From: Spirochaetia bacterium
GTDB taxonomy: Bacteria > Spirochaetota > Spirochaetia > WTKD01 > G963693115
Assembly: GCA_965226055.1 (NCBI GenBank)
Contig: CBDDCA010000001.1
Location: forward strand, 1-40,519
DNA: 40,519 nucleotides
Direction of reading: 5' to 3'
The translations under genes and the position numbers were made by a program. Every line of letters starts with the position of its first letter. The first letter of the stretch is position 1. The notes under the pieces were generated by a model. It had not been told where the DNA came from and did no database searches. It saw nothing but the letters and a program-made list of their open reading frames with translations. Below are positions 39,065 to 40,519 of this stretch, piece after piece.

Positions 39065-40370
39065 TTAGTTATTATACAGATACACAACACCTATAATACC
39101 TACTATCCATACCATAGGGGTTATTTTTTTATATTCACCACGCCCCAACTGAATAGCGATATAACTTATAAAACCAAAGATAATTCCATGACTGATAGAA
39201 AAAGTAAAAGGCATCATAAAAGCGGCAATACCTGCAGGAATAAGCTCAAAAATATCGTTAAAGTCAAGCTCTTTTAAGTTTTGTATAAACAAAAACCCTA
39301 CATAAATAAGTGCAGGAGCGGTAGCATATGATGGTATAGAATCAATCAACGGAAAAAAGAATAAAGATAACAAAAATAAAATACCTACTACACATGCAGT
39401 AAGCCCTGATTTTCCTCCCTGCTTAATACCTGCAAGGCTTTCTATATAAGCAGTTGCGGTAGAAGTTCCTAGTATACTCCCCACAACAGTTGCTATAGAA
39501 TCAACAATAAGTGGTTTAGAGTTCTTTTCAATATCTAAGACTACCTCATCATCTTCATGATTTACCGAATGAGAAATGGCAAGTAAGGTTCCTGTACTAT
39601 CAAAAAAATCTACAAATAATATTGATAATACTACTGTAAATGAAAGGGATATTCAATAAAAGGCTCATATTAAGATCCAATGCCATAAAGGTAGAAAATG
39701 AAGGGATAACTCCTATCACTCCTTTGTAGCTGTTATCAGTAACGATAAACGAAACAATGGTAATAATAAGAATGCTAATCAACAAAGATCCACGGATTTT
39801 CAAAGATTCTAAAAATAATATAAGCAAAAAACCAAAACAGCTTAATAGTACAGTAGTTTCTTTTAATGATCCAAATCCTGTAATAGTAGCATTATTTGCA
39901 ACAATAATTCCAGCATTTTGCAGTCCTATGTACGCAAGAAAAAATCCAACCCCTACTCCTATACCAATTTTTAGATTTTTAGGAATTGATTGAATAATTA
40001 TCTTTCGAAGTGATGTAACAGATATAAAAAGAAATATAATACCGCTGATAAATACAGCAAATAATGCAACTTGCCATGTAAGTCCCATTGACAATACAAC
40101 TGCATAGGTAAAAAATGCATTCAAACCCATACCAGGCGCAAGTGCAACTGGCCACTTTGCATACAGTCCCATGCATAAACTTGATATTGCAGATATAATA
40201 ACAGTGGCAACAAACAAAGATCCTTTGTCCATTCCTGTAGCACTTAAAATGGCAGGGTTTACTGCAATAATATATGCCATTGTTAAGAAAGTGGTAATAC
40301 CTGCAGTTATTTCTGCACCTATCGTAGTTTTTAGCGTATCTAAGCTAAAATAATTATTGAGAAATCTCAT
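39065..40370 (-). CDS. NCS2/AzgA-family purine permease, split by one frameshift near 39615-39652
   Basis: AGITTFLTMAYII, APGMGLNAFF, LFVDFFDSTGTL (in the shifted frame), YIES.AG...GG and PFTFSI. Confidence 0.9.
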
Positions 40371-40519
40371 AATATCTCCTCTTTTTTGAGTTGTGTATGA
40401 TCTCTATTTTTACCATATCATAAGAGAATCAAGCTCAAAGAGTAATAGTAAAAATAACTTTTAAGAAATAGGGAAACAAAACGTTTCTTTAATAATTGTT
40501 TACACGCGAATTTACTATT

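Overview
AT-rich bacterial chromosomal segment, probably from a spirochaete (inference from the Bdr-like protein, P19/Tp34-like protein, MAF protein and lipoproteins). It mixes housekeeping genes (DUF1015, ftsB-like, 5'-nucleotidase, inositol monophosphatase, argA, CNNM transporter, tRNA-Leu(CAA), gatCAB, fabF/G/D, NCS2 permease) with accessory loci. The main result is a compact, stand-alone type VI-like CRISPR locus. An 11-repeat array (36-nt repeat, 30-nt spacers, 13496-14191) lies directly downstream of a divergent gene with two RxxxxH HEPN motifs (14299-16892). That gene gives about 864 aa once a single -1 frameshift, most plausibly at an A7 run, is bridged. It resembles Cas13b/Cas13bt/Cas13X and has no cas1, cas2, csx27 or csx28 beside it. 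Next to the array is an orphan hsdS with a G18 tract that suggests phase variation, bounded by a degenerate 40-bp direct repeat. The window also holds a decayed second hsdS, a Sir2-HerA antiphage operon with a 66-bp-period repeat at its 3' end, two large Fn3/DUF285 (BspA-like) surface lipoproteins and tandem DUF3298 paralogues. Many genes appear leaderless. Frameshifts in fabF and the NCS2 permease suggest indel errors in the assembly. All family calls come from motif recognition by eye; no searches were run.
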